From contig CM035356.1 in the NCBI GenBank assembly GCA_020137815.1, forward strand, positions 62,001 to 126,000: DNA of 64,000 bases, written 5' to 3'. The stretch comes from Hormiphora californensis. Taxonomy: Eukaryota > Animalia > Ctenophora. Under the pieces are notes generated by a model that was not told the origin of the DNA, ran no database searches, and saw only the letters and a program-made list of their open reading frames with translations. Below, in pieces: positions 25,201-58,446 of this stretch. The first letter of the stretch is position 1. Every line of letters starts with the position of its first letter. The translations under genes and the position numbers were made by a program.

Positions 25201-28200
25201 TATAAGTGCAATTCATCGTCATCTTAACGACCAACGCTCCCCTCACGTCTGACCAAGTGGTCTCCCATTCTTGCAGGAGGAGGAAGCTAAAAATTTGGTT
25301 TTCCATGCTATTCGAGCTGGTATTGTGAACGATCTGGGATCTGGCAGTAATGTAGACATCACTGTGATCCGAAAGGGAAATGTTGAGGTATTCCGACCTT
25401 ACCAAGTCGTCTGCAAGAAGAGTGAGAGGTAAGAATACGATAGATTAATCCTTTCATTTTCAAAATTATTGATTCTTATTTATATATTATGTTTTACATT
25501 CAATCATTACTTTATTAAGATTTAAAGGTTGACAAGATACCTAAAACTTTTCGTTAATCGTATTTTTTTCGATTTATCGGGAGTTTTAAGCATTTTTTCA
25601 GCATTTTTTTTTCAGACAAAAAAATCTGAAAAAATGCTGATAAATCAAAAAAATACGGTTAACGAAAAGTTTTAGGTATCTTGTCAACCTTTAAGACTAA
25701 AATTGTTTACATCTTCTTGAGGTCCTTAAAAGTCATGTCCATTATCTCCACCGGGTCAATATCCCGTCCTGTAGTCATCTCGAACAGCTCCACTAGTTCT
25801 GCACTTAGTAGAGAGTCCATACCACACTGGTGGAGGCTATAATTCCAAACTGGGTCTCCTCGGATACCCAACATGCCCATTACTCTTCCTAACATACTTC
25901 CACCAGTTTTTTCCGTAACCACTGCAGTAACAGTGTTTATCTCCACACCTTTCCAAAATGCTACTATTCCCCGTTCTCCACTTGCCTGTAAAATATGGTA
26001 ATCTGGTGGTAGCTGGATCAGCTGAGGGGAGTGAAGTAGAACATGAAGATGGGTTATCTTGTGAGACTTTTCAATTCCCTCCAATTGTGATATAAGGTCT
26101 ACCGCTATGATGTCATAGGGAGTAGCCCGGTTGCTATGGTTTCCGCTATGGGTGACCGTCCCCGAGAACACCACGGTACCATTGTACACAATCTCCACCC
26201 TCTTCCCACCAAGCGTAAACACATCCAACATATTGTTTGCAGATCTTTTCTCGATCTCCCCAAATATTTCCCCTTGTATTCCCACAATACCGGTTTTCAT
26301 CATCACCCTCACCAGCTCGATGGGCACCCTAATTACCTCTTTGAGCACATATTTGGACAGATCCAGGGAGAAGCAACTATAGTTCAGGGAACTTGTCGAA
26401 TCTCCAAAGCTGGAATGGCTGCTACTTGGAAAGTGATCAGGAAGGGGCACATACCACGAATCCTCAACGTCCCACTTTATGAAGGAGCCCGGGTTTGAGG
26501 GGACTGTGAAAGTTTGAAGTTTGTGCAGGGGAAGTGCCTGATGAAAAAGGTGGACTTGGGTAAGGGCAGTGATGAGAGGGGCATCAGTGGAGCCCATCAG
26601 GTAGGATGTTGTTATACCCGGTAAATCGTGTATCATTCCTCTTGTTAGCATTGGCTTTGGAGATACTTCTAGAACAATGGCTGTAGGAGGTACAACTTGT
26701 ATGTAAACTCGGTGGAACTGGACTTGGTTCCGCAGGTTATCAGCCAGGTATTTAGGAGTCAATGTCACTGGGTTGTCCATGTTACTTGTGCTATGAAAGA
26801 ACTTAGGGAGATTTCTACAACCGAGGAAATCCAAATTTTGTCGATACTTCTCTGAATGTTCACTCATAATTCGAGAGTGGAAGGGGACCCCCTCACTGAA
26901 AACCTTGGTAAATGCTACTCCCTGATCCCAATCCAGAAGTAGCCTCTTTGCTCTGGTTACATGGCATTCCGATCCAGAAATGATCACAAGTTTGGAACTA
27001 TTAACACAAGCTACATCAACTCTTCCCACTATCTCCTGAACAATCCTTCCTGGGTCTGAGTGAGAAGTTGGTAACTTTACTGCAACCATCACCCCACTTT
27101 CACATCCCTCGACCGCTCGAGCTCTCTCCTCTGTGCACCTTACAGCTTCTTCTCGGGTGATTGTTCCACACGCGTAGAGTGCCGCTATCTCTCCAAAACT
27201 ATGGCCCATAACACCATCAAAAGTCACACCGAGGTATCGAAGAATATCAATTAGGCCGAGCTGTACCTCAAGCAGATGGAAAAATAGTTTAGAAATCCCA
27301 GGAGTTTCAACAGAAACAAGTGATTTTGTTTCTCGAACTGATCTTCTGTATTCTGGGTAGCGGGAGAGGACATTTTCCATTCCATTCCAGTTACCACCGA
27401 CACCTCCCACCACCAGCCACAAGGGTCGCCTGGTATCGCATCCTGTTTCCATGGCAACCTCTTCTGTCACGTGATCTAGAACTGCCCTGATTGGTCCACT
27501 AAAACTAGTGGCCCTGGATGGATCTTGTTTCAGTACAGCCTGGACGGTAGCAGGGTTAGGACCACAGATACTGGTGCATCTGGGAGTGGTGCCTGGATCT
27601 GGGACGGTAAGATGGATAATAGTGTACATACCAGTTGTACCATGGTTGGAGATGAGACTCTCTCCAGTTCCTTTGTAGAAAAGGGAGAGAATAGTTACCA
27701 ACCCAGATGCAGGACCGAGTTCACCGAAAGCCTTTCTTGTCTCTCCTTCGATATAGTTGGTCTTGAGGTCGCAAAGGGCACTCTTTTCAATATCTGAGAT
27801 ATGTTTGTTCCAACCGTTGTCTCCATAAACAACAACCTCAGAATTTGTGATCCCCTCTAGAACTCCTTTCCATACTTCCGCCATCAGAACATCCTCCCTT
27901 CCCCCGATGAATTTCCTCCAAACTCCATTTATCGTGCCGTAAACTCTTCCTTTAGTTTTCTCCCGCCTAGTGAGAACCATAGCTACAACAGCCTCACCCC
28001 TCTCCAGACCCTCCGCCAGTAGACCACTAACGGCTTCACAGAAACTCCTCTTGATTATCATCTCAGTCACCCCTACCACTACCATCTCACAAATACCATC
28101 CCTGATAAGATTAACTGCTGTGTCCATAGCAACCAAACTGTTTCCACTGGCAACCGTGTAACTAGTGCCCGTCAAATTAAACTCAAAGGAAATCCTATTG

Positions 28201-29086
28201 GAAAGCATCGCTCGACAACCCCCAAGTACACCATACCCGGACATAGCTTTGTACTCGTGTCCAACTGATTCACCATAGTCTCCAACCTCGCACGACACAA
28301 TGCAACCAATCTTGTTATCAGCAGTGGTTACCGGGGTAACAACCCCAGCATCTGTTAGAGCCTCCTTCGCACAGTGAAGAAGGACCCTCATTTGGGGATC
28401 GGTGTTATCCGCTTGGAGGGCATGCATCCTGAATTGAGAAGTATCGAACTGATCTTTTGGAATCCTTCCTATGATTCTCGATTTGGGAGTATCATCTTCA
28501 CTGCTTTTTCCACTGTTTTTTCCCCTTCCCGAAGTAGTGTTCCCCGTATTGTGTTGGAGGAGAGTTGAGTTTGGGGTTGTTATGAATTTTGCGAATTCCT
28601 CGGTAGAATTGAGAGTTGGAAAGCGACATGAAACACCCGTTATTACAATATCTTCATCACCCATCATCATGCCACACTATAAAATTGGAGTTAGTTCTGA
28701 CACTGGTGCGTGTGTGCCAGAGAAAGATCACAAAATGACAAAGGATCTGAATTTACTAAAAAGAAATGAAAAGAATCACGAGGGCCTGGATATGATACCA
28801 CTGAATGGCAATTTTCTCAGACCTCTCTCTGTCCCCCTCCCTCCCCTTTCTTCTGTCCACCATAATATGCCACTGTAACGGTGTTGAGAGATACTGTACT
28901 GGTTGTGCAGTTTTTCTTTTCCAAAATGCCCCTCTCCATCCTACCGCCTATAATAATGTAAAATGTTTCCTCAGGGCTGGAGACTATACCTTCCCCGTGG
29001 GTACTACTGTTGTGACCTCCTCCACTGAGATGGTCCCCTTCTCTGCTCTCACCGTCACCGACGAGGAAGTCATGGAGATCTCTTAA
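19259..29086 (+). CDS. PSMB7: Proteasome subunit beta type-7 (beta-2), 7 exons
   Basis: Exons 19259-19335, 19415-19496, 19741-19883, 20172-20267, 24817-24991, 25277-25428, 28975-29086. [13 protein letters not shown]|[54 protein letters not shown]. Confidence 0.96.
20325..20438 (+). mobile_element. tRNA-derived SINE-like element, copy B
   Basis: GGGTTTG...GGTAGCTTAGTTG (A box)...AGTTCAATTCCC (B box)...CAAACCC plus the shared tail. Confidence 0.55.
20996..23271. mobile_element. 2.3-kb foldback element built of ~10-bp TGGCGCCAWW units (Merlin/MULE-like ends)
   Basis: TIR GGTAGTATGAAAGATTAGGTCGTGCGCGCC. Perfect 8-bp TSD AATTAATC (20988-20995, 23272-23279). Confidence 0.9.
24198..24763 (+). repeat. 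Tandem duplication (~297 bp) of a HINE-like end
   Basis: acctagttatccccacactg starts at 24198 and at 24495. Both units end GGTCACCTTTGCGCTTGCCAGCGCAGTGA. Confidence 0.8.
25526..25690. mobile_element. Kolobok-like MITE
   Basis: TTAA|AGGTTGACAAGATACC...GGTATCTTGTCAACCT|TTAA. Lies ~16 bp from the FAS-like stop codon. Confidence 0.85.
25707..28670 (-). CDS. Intronless animal-FAS-like protein: degenerate KS - acyltransferase - ACP (987 aa), nested antisense in PSMB7 last intron
   Basis: KS landmarks [61 protein letters not shown]-type linker [20 protein letters not shown]. Upstream acceptor-like ttttatAG 6 nt before ATG. Confidence 0.88.
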   Translation of the reverse strand: MMMGDEDIVITGVSCRFPTLNSTEEFAKFITTPNSTLLQHNTGNTTSGRGKNSGKSSEDDTPKSRIIGRIPKDQFDTSQFRMHALQADNTDPQMRVLLHCAKEALTDAGVVTPVTTADNKIGCIVSCEVGDYGESVGHEYKAMSGYGVLGGCRAMLSNRISFEFNLTGTSYTVASGNSLVAMDTAVNLIRDGICEMVVVGVTEMIIKRSFCEAVSGLLAEGLERGEAVVAMVLTRREKTKGRVYGTINGVWRKFIGGREDVLMAEVWKGVLEGITNSEVVVYGDNGWNKHISDIEKSALCDLKTNYIEGETRKAFGELGPASGLVTILSLFYKGTGESLISNHGTTGMYTIIHLTVPDPGTTPRCTSICGPNPATVQAVLKQDPSRATSFSGPIRAVLDHVTEEVAMETGCDTRRPLWLVVGGVGGNWNGMENVLSRYPEYRRSVRETKSLVSVETPGISKLFFHLLEVQLGLIDILRYLGVTFDGVMGHSFGEIAALYACGTITREEAVRCTEERARAVEGCESGVMVAVKLPTSHSDPGRIVQEIVGRVDVACVNSSKLVIISGSECHVTRAKRLLLDWDQGVAFTKVFSEGVPFHSRIMSEHSEKYRQNLDFLGCRNLPKFFHSTSNMDNPVTLTPKYLADNLRNQVQFHRVYIQVVPPTAIVLEVSPKPMLTRGMIHDLPGITTSYLMGSTDAPLITALTQVHLFHQALPLHKLQTFTVPSNPGSFIKWDVEDSWYVPLPDHFPSSSHSSFGDSTSSLNYSCFSLDLSKYVLKEVIRVPIELVRVMMKTGIVGIQGEIFGEIEKRSANNMLDVFTLGGKRVEIVYNGTVVFSGTVTHSGNHSNRATPYDIIAVDLISQLEGIEKSHKITHLHVLLHSPQLIQLPPDYHILQASGERGIVAFWKGVEINTVTAVVTEKTGGSMLGRVMGMLGIRGDPVWNYSLHQCGMDSLLSAELVELFEMTTGRDIDPVEIMDMTFKDLKKM

Positions 29087-29393
29087 AGAGAAATAAAACT
29101 GTAGTATGGGCGAGAAATTACAGAGGGAGAAAAGTGCTGGATGGTTTATAATTATATTTGTGACGTACGTTCATGTTTTCTTGATGAGATAAAAAAGGGC
29201 GGGAACCCTTTTTGTTCTCGATATCGCGGCGTACTACGATGATAATACATTCTATTATCGTATGTTGTAAAACGTTATATAATATAGAATTTGAATAATA
29301 TTTGAGAGAAATTGTCAGTTTTCTCCTATCTCATTCAACGTTGTCGTTAGTTGTCCATTCCACAATCAACATTCTAGTCCTTTCACTATTTAA

Positions 29394-32300
29394 CCCTTTG
29401 AGGGCGATAGGTCATATATGACACGGTCCATTCTAGACCGTCTGGAAGGCGCTACATGATGTCTAGGTGGCTAATTTTTTGTCACAAGCTAGTTTTAGGG
29501 ATTTTGAACCCAAAACCACGTCCAAATCTGCTCGGAAAATCGAAGAAATTTTTTTATGGCCCTTCTCGGGAGGCTAATTTAGGCCTTTTTTTAAAAACCC
29601 CTCTCAAATTTTTGTTTTTGAGGGGCACAAATAATCCTTTGAAGGGATAAAACTACTTGACATAACAAATCGAATGCAAAAGACCGCATCAAAAAATATT
29701 GAAAATTGAATGAGTTATTAACGTTTTAGTCGTTGTATCATATATGACTCTATCGTCCGTAAGGGAATTCTAGTAACAAATGTCATTTGTGCAAAAGTAT
29801 GGGTCCAATAGTCAAATTTTATGCTTTGAGGCAGTCTATAGCTATAATTTCTACAATCTTGAACGGTTTTTACTAGAAAAATACCCCAAATTCTACATTT
29901 TGTATCATATATTATACCAAAACTAATTAAAATTAGTAGGCCGGAAAGGTTGCCCTATGATTTGAGCTACCTTTGCCACCGTAACATTCACGGGCTACAG
30001 ACAGGGTATAACAGATGCTTCTTCTATCTTCAAAAGGGAATGTGCCGGTGCCAAAGGTAGCTCAAATCATAGGGCAACCTTTCCGGCCTACTAATTTTAA
30101 TTAGTTTTGGTATAATTTGCATCATTTTTGGGATTTTTTATCCATTTACATGTAGTAGAACAGGTACGGAGAGGCATGGAATCGCGAAATTGCAAAATTT
30201 TCATTTTTGACGTCATTTTGACGTCATAAAATGACGTCACGACGTTATGACGTCATAATGATGACGTCATATCATCGGGATTACCTAGATGAAGATACTG
30301 ACCAAGTTTGAGATCGATTGGATGAGATTTGAGTCCGCTATGGTGAAAAACCCATATCGTCATATCTATTTTTAAACAGTCATAACACTTTAGACGCGTT
30401 TTAAGACCCTTATACGTCTAGTTTTGAAAAATCGCGATATAGTTTCTGAAAGTTCAGACAATTCTCTTTCCATGATATAGTCTTCGTTTTTCGATTAGAA
30501 TCCGTCTTTAGGGTGTAAAATGAGCTCAAAGAAGTTTGATCAGAGTGTAAAAAATGACGACTTTAAGACGTTCTATAGGACGTTTCTGGGGATGTTAGAA
30601 AACTTCACCCCGCTAATAACACAATAATCCAGTAGATCTACAAGCTAGTGAAAACGAGAAGTCTCTATCTCTTTCCGTTTGTTCAGAACCGTGCTCAGAA
30701 AAAGCGTCTCTCCTACGCGCGTATACGCGCGCGCGCGTGTCCGTTACACTGAATCTATAGCAAATGGGACCGGTCTGTAACTTCGGACCCAAATGAGATA
30801 GAGACTTGAAATTTTAAACTTAAGTAAAAGACCCCAAGCCGGGTGTACATTCCAAATTTCAAGTCAATCGGATGAAAGGGGGCGACGTTATAGCCTTCTG
30901 AAATCCGGTTTTTCAGCCAAACACCCATAAAACGTATAACTGCGTTTCTGGCAGCGCTTTTGGGGGGGGGGAATGGCAACCTTTGCGCTTGCCAGCGCAG
31001 TGATGACTCTATCGTCCCAATTGGTAAATTCTCCAAAAACACCCATAGTTCGGGCTAGAAAAGGAGCTAAGAGTCAAATCAGGGCACTAAACTGTGTAGA
31101 ATCATCGCATTAGTGGGGGTAGAGCACATATTTAGGTCGCTATCTTGCCCCCTAATTGAGATAATTGGATAATTAGCCAATTATCTGTCCCGCGCATGCT
31201 AATAAATGAAACTTTGCTTTGGGAAGGAGTTATGAGGCAAATGGGGGCACTAAAATGTGTAGAATCATCACATTAGTGGGGTTAGAGCACATATTTAGGT
31301 CTCTATCTGGACCCCTAATTGAGATAATTAGATAATTAGCTAATTAGTTACCCTCCAGCGCTAAAAAATTAAATTTGGCGGAGTATACAAGAAAAATGGG
31401 GGCACTAAATTGTGTAAAATCGTCGCCTTAGTAGAGGCAGAGCACATAGCTGAGTTTCTATTCCCGCTCCTAATTGAGATAATTGGATAATTAGCTAATT
31501 GACGGTTGCATAATGCCCCCTTTTCACCATAAACCGTGGTTTTTGGCTAATCCTGAGCTCTTTTGTTCAATCTAAGGCCCTTCTAGCATCCCTTTACCCA
31601 TTTGTATCACCTTTGACTCGTTATATACACTAATATAGCACTCTATACAACCCTAGACACCGCCTTCAGCTCTTTAGAACCCTCTTGCTTAATCCTAGAC
31701 CTCTCATAATTTCGAGATCCATACGGCATACACCTTCCTAACCGATTTTTTTGGGATATCCTATTGCTCCTACAAGACGTTCAACCCCTAATGTACTACA
31801 GTTTCCCATTTTATTATTGGACACACAGTTTAGATACCCCCTACATTATTTCTATTTTCTCCTCATCACTCTCACAATCTCATTTGCCACTAAGGAAACC
31901 TCTCATGAACTCCATCGGAAATAAAGATGATCTGTAGAAGGCGTTTAGTATGGTGTATGAGAGGTCTAGCTAGGAGTAGGATGAAGCAAGGGGGTTGTAC
32001 AGAGCTGAAGTCGGCGTCTAGGGTTGTATAGAGTGCTATATTATTGTGTAAAACGAGTCAAAGGTGATATATATATAAATGGGGTAAAGGGATGCCAAAA
32101 GATCCTTAGATTGAAAAAAAGAGCTCAGGATTAGCCAGAAACCACGGTATATGGTGAAAAGGGGGCATTATGCAACCGTCAATTAGCTAATTATCCAATT
32201 ATCTCAATTAGGAGCGGGAATAGAAACTCAGCTATGTGCTCTGCCCCCACTAAGGCGACGATTTTACACATTTTATTGCCCCCATTTGTCTTGTATACTC

Positions 32301-32984
32301 CGCCAAATTTAATTTTTTAGCGCTGGAGGGCAACTAATTAGCTAGTTATCCAATTATCTCAATTAGGGGTCCAGATAGAGACCTAAATATGTGCTCTACC
32401 CCCACTAATGTGATGATTCTACACATTTTAGTGCCCCCATTTGCCTCATAACTCCTTCCCAAAGCAAAGTTTCATTTATTAGCATGCGCGGGACAGATAA
32501 TTGGCTAATTATCCAATTATCTCAATTAGGGGGCAAGATAGCGACCTAAATATGTGCTCTACCCCCACTAATGCGATGATTCTACACAGTTTAGTGCCCT
32601 GATTTGACTCTTAGCTCCTTTTCTAGCCCGAACTATGGGTGTTTTTGGAGAATTTACCAATTGGGACGATAGAGTCATATATGATACAAAATGTAGAATT
32701 TGGGGTATTTTTCTAGTAAAAACCGTTCAAGATTGTAGAAATAATAGCTATAGACTGCCTCAAAGCATAAAATTTGACTATTGGACCCATACTTTTGCAC
32801 AAATGACATTTGTTACTAGAATTCCCTTACGGACGATAGAGTCATATATGACACAGTGGGCCCAGCAAAAACTACATGTCGAAACTCCAAATTTCTTTTT
32901 CGAGGTAGTTTGTGGTGATAATATCAACTTATAAAAGAAAAATTAGAAAGATCTATCGAGCCAATCCTTCTCGTCCTTAAAGGG
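29394..32984. mobile_element. Non-autonomous piggyBac-like element with ~0.9-kb internal inverted arms
   Basis: TTAA|CCCTTTGAGGGCGA...TCGTCCTTAAAGGG|TTAT. Arms ~29740-31720 (minus insert) mirror ~31960-32850. Confidence 0.8.
29912..31003 (+). mobile_element. HINE/Helitron-type element inserted in the left arm of the piggyBac-like element
   Basis: The opposite arm gives the empty site tgtatcatatA|Tgactc, i.e. insertion between A and T with no TSD. 5' 205-bp palindrome, sub-TIRs AAAGGTTGCC/GGCAACCTTT, 3' hairpin GCGCTTGCCAGCGC. Confidence 0.8.
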
Positions 32985-33059
32985 TTATATAATGTGGATG
33001 AACCTCCAACAATCCATCTTCGTTTACACGCTAATCTCCCCTATTTTTACTAAATAGCG

Positions 33060-34095
33060 ATGGGTAAGAAGTTAAAACTTGGGCAGTCCATAGCCTGGCA
33101 GGCCGACAGTTCTGGATGGGGAGCATACGACAGGGAAGAACAAAGTAAGCTTCAAATACCAGTGATCCTGTAACTTGACATACACAGTTGAGAATCCCTA
33201 TTGCGTTCGTCATTCCCCTAGTTTTATAAAATAGAATTATCGATCCTCCAATTATTTGAGCCCAATTAACAATATTTTCACCACTTCAGAACCCCGAGTA
33301 CAGGTTTCTCCCCGAGGGGACACAACATCGTCCTGGGAAGCGTGGGAGTCAGCCAACGTTGGGAGTTCCTCCTCGAACTGGGGTGGAGGCGATGTTTGGG
33401 GTAATGCTGATGCTACAGCCCCAGCACAAACTGAGTCCAACTACCCCTCTCTATCTGGAAGGCGGGAACCTGAGTATCAAACTCCCTCCCCTCCACCAAA
33501 TGATTTCATACCAGGGTATGCGGGGTTATTCAGTCAGGGAACTGCCTCCTCTTCATCAACATCCTCTGGATTTCGAACTAGCAGCCGTTCTCAATCAGGG
33601 AGACGAAAGGAGAGGGTCAACCCATCAGCGACCCGATCCCTCCGAAATATTTTCAGTATTGAAGAACCAGACCTCGGTCCATCTCAAACCCAGGCTAGTA
33701 ACCCTTATGCCAGTTCAACTAACATCAATAAACCTATTGGTGGGAAGGTGTCATTTGTTCCTCCCTCTGTAACTAATCCACTGGTTCATCCTGCTCCTAA
33801 TAATGCTGATCAGCACCTCCTTGGCATTCTTAGAGAGTCAAAGAGAGTTCAAAAATCTGCACCTCCGAATACGTCCCCTCCTAAAACAAAAACAACATCA
33901 CTGAAGAATTCAAATATCTCGGACAAGTCACCTTCCACACAACTCAAGCAGATGGTTGGAGCTGGTAGTGGAGACATATACAACGAGCTGCTGAAGCAGT
34001 TGGTGGAGTTGGATCGGAGGGATGCAAATAAGGGGAAACACAAGGTGTATGTGATTCAAAACAATTCAATCAAAGTTACTGTAGATTTATCTTGA
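33060..34095 (+). CDS. Hypothetical S/P-rich disordered protein, 2 exons (~296 aa)
   Basis: Exon 1 33060-33144 (MGKKLKLGQSIAW..., gtaagc donor) joins in phase to 33290-34095 (cag acceptor) of the long ORF. No family recognised. Confidence 0.65.
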
Positions 34096-34327
34096 TTATA
34101 CGAACAGTACTGCTCCCATGTACTATGTAGTCGTGATATAAAATAAATTCCTTTTTGGAACTTCCTCGTTCTCTAGAGACTAGAGCCTACTGATTTCAGG
34201 CAGAAAACTGTTTTTAACCAACTTTCCGTGTAGTGGACATTTTTATTTGTTGTTTCGTTAAATAAATTTTTGAATTTTCAAATATAAATCAGTTGCTATT
34301 ATTTTTGTTCTGTCTCATGATTATTAA

Positions 34328-34746
34328 AGTGAGAGTGGACCGACATAGAATTGGACAAGATTGTTGTAGGTACTAGAGAATAGTATAGTTCTCTGAGCAT
34401 TAACAGTTTGCCTTTTCCCGCTTAAAATTGACCCATCCATCACGGAGATATTTTTGTTGCAACGGGAGAATGACGTCACCAATCTATCTCTGTGTTCTCC
34501 CTGTAGGCAGTACATCGGGCATGTCCGAACGCTCACACATGTACAGAATAGCAGAGATAAGAATACAGGAGATAGATGCGTGACGTCATGCTCCCAACAT
34601 AACAAAAGTATCTCAGTGATGGAGGGGTCAATTTTAAGCGGGGAAAAATGCGAAATGCTCAGAGAACTATTTATTTATTTATTTATTATTTAATTCTCTA
34701 CTACCTACAACAATCTTGTCCAATTTTATGTTGGTCCACTCTCAGT
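34328..34746. mobile_element. Kolobok-like MITE
   Basis: TTAA|AGTGAGAGTGGACC...GGTCCACTCTCAGT|TTAA. Confidence 0.85.
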
Positions 34747-34788
34747 TTAAGGTCGACAATCTTTCTATTAATTAATATTAATAGCAAC

Positions 34789-35298
34789 ATGTCTTCTGAC
34801 TGGCAAACTGCAGATACAGTTCTCTCACGAAGGACCACCGCCAAGGATAGAAAATCTAACTCTGTGAGTCACGTCGTCTATCTGACTCTCTAGCTCTCGC
34901 GTCCGAAGAGCCGTAGCGCCGCCATACGCAGCTCCAGAGAGAGAGCAGAAGCGCGGCTGCCAGCAGATCTGAGAGAGACTCGCTCGAGCCTGAGCGGCCT
35001 CGATCGGCAGCGACGCGGAGCGCAGCGTGAGCTCGCCGAACGAGCGCATCGCGCAGCTCAGGGCGCGTCGGCGAGCCGCCACTCGCTCTCGCAGTCTGTC
35101 GAGCGCTGCTCTCGCGTGTCGTCGCGCCGCGCCGCGCGCGCGCGAGCGCTCGCGCTCTGCGCTGCTCGCTCGATAGCGCGCGACTGCTCCGCGCGACGGC
35201 TATGCGATCGCCGATCTACTAGCGAGCGATCGATGAGAGCTATCTAGCGAGTAGATATCTATGATTATATAGCTATAGCGATTCTATCTATCTCTCTA

Positions 35299-35334
<36 letters not shown>

Positions 35335-36898
35335 TCACACTCACACACTCTCTCCTTTCGCCTATCTCATGTCTTTGTCCTCTTTCTCAGGCGGTAAACA
35401 AAGCTGCTCGATCTGGAAATACGATAACGGAAAAGAAATGTACGTCTCCCAATCTCTTGTCCCAATCCTTTTCTACCCTACAGCTCTCGAGAAGACAGCA
35501 GCTTCTCGGAAGCTGTAGGGGTAGACGTTACTCGTCTTCTAGTGCCACACACATTTGTAAAAGAAATCGATCTTGAAAAGCTTTAAATTGTGTGTGTTTT
35601 TGTAAAAACAATTATTGCATGTGGTGCACATTTTTTGTGCCTACCACGCTAGTGTCTCCTACTATTTCGGGGCTGGGTGATCAGCTAGCTCATAGTGGAA
35701 TGCTATAGACTGTGATTAGGGTAAACCGGGGCAATTCGAACCTCAGGGGCTGTCACGCGGAAATACGACGCGTGACAACTTCAAAAAATCCGAGTTTACA
35801 GTTTCCGAGAATGCAGTATAATAAAATTCTGATGTCCACTGTTTTTACCAAAATCCTTCATTTCACTCCTTTTAGATGGTGCCGGTGGAAACACACAGAA
35901 AGCAATCCAGAAAAACACCGCTAACTTGGACAGAGAAACAGAGGAACTGAAACGTATGTCTTGGTATTTACAGTGGGTTTACAGTATGCACACACAGTAC
36001 GTCAGTACACTGTAACACATACAATCCATGCTGTTTACAGCAAAATAATCACTGATCGAATCATACCCGGCCCTCGGGTATACCCCTGCAGATGAGACAG
36101 TATCAAAGGACTTTAGCGTGCACCTACGAGAGGCTCGGGCCAAATCTGGGCTCACGCAGAAGGACCTGGCACAGGTTAGTGGAATGGCGCGCGGTCGGTA
36201 GCCTGAGAAAAGTGTCTCTTGTCAGCATTTTAAATTGCGCGCGCCCACTCTGCGGTTGTCCACCAGTATTATACAGTCGGGGCCCGATTTAGGGACACCC
36301 TCGGGGGAAAGGCTCTTGTCCACTAAATCGGGGTGTCCACTAAATCGGGGTCAAATAAGGTTACTTTCCTATATCGGGGGAAAAATCCTGTCCCTAAATC
36401 GGGGTGCCACTAAATCGGGGTCCGACTGTAGTACAATTTGTAGTGTTGGTGCCGCTGATACGGTTGCAGGTTGCAGCAACCATAACACTGTATCAGCTAT
36501 GGAATAACCGCTATTCGGAGCTAATAAGAATTGCCTAGCTCGACCCCCTTTTCGCGAGCTACTTTTACAAGTGTAAAGGAGGGTTAGAACATGACAAAAG
36601 AGGAAATATGAACTTCATCAGGCAATGAAATTATATATTTTTCAGAAAATCAACGAAAAGCCCCAAATTGTGGGGGAATATGAGAGCGGTAAGGCTCTCC
36701 CAAACAACCAAATCCAAGTTAAAATGGAGAAAGCTCTTGGTACGTAACCAGGCTCAATAGTTTCAATTTCTATGGACAGTCTCCGGTATAATGAAACGTT
36801 TTAAATTCCAACATCAAACTCTTGTTCTCCTTTCAGGAGTCCATCTACGAGGAAAAGACGCTGGAAAAGCACTTCAGCCTAGGGGAAAAAAGAAGTAG
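34789..36898 (+). CDS. EDF1: Endothelial differentiation-related factor 1 / multiprotein bridging factor 1, 6 exons
   Basis: Exons 34789-34863, 35391-35439, 35876-35953, 36092-36174, 36646-36739, 36837-36898. [61 protein letters not shown]. Confidence 0.94.
36274..36428. mobile_element. Tc1/mariner MITE (same family as 5433-5593)
   Basis: TA|CAGTCGG...CCGACTG|TA. A short copy lies at ~7720-7788. Confidence 0.85.
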
Positions 36899-37125
36899 AA
36901 GGAACGTGGTGATGCACACATCACGCTGGGATAGTAGCTAGTAGCGAGTTTGTTGGTTACAAGACTTCGTTTAGAAATGAAGAGAAAATGTTTTTCTAAC
37001 CTATAACACATACTGATTATCATGTTTTTTTGGTTTTGCTCTCTTTCTCCAACAAGTTTTATTTTTTATCATCAGTCCTGCCCATTATGATATTTAATCA
37101 GCTCTGTTTTTAGCACCTCTAGCAC

Positions 37126-58446
<21,321 letters not shown>

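Noticed and set aside
25707-28670. Bacterial contamination or recent HGT for the PKS-like ORF
   Set aside because: It sits between bona fide PSMB7 exons, has host-like composition and animal-FASN-type linker motifs. Phylogeny is still needed to exclude ancient transfer.
34870-35340. GC-rich 'CpG island' and ORF 34825-35082 in EDF1 intron 1
   Set aside because: Garbled CG/GA/TA dinucleotide mosaic next to a CT microsatellite, typical of low-quality base calls.
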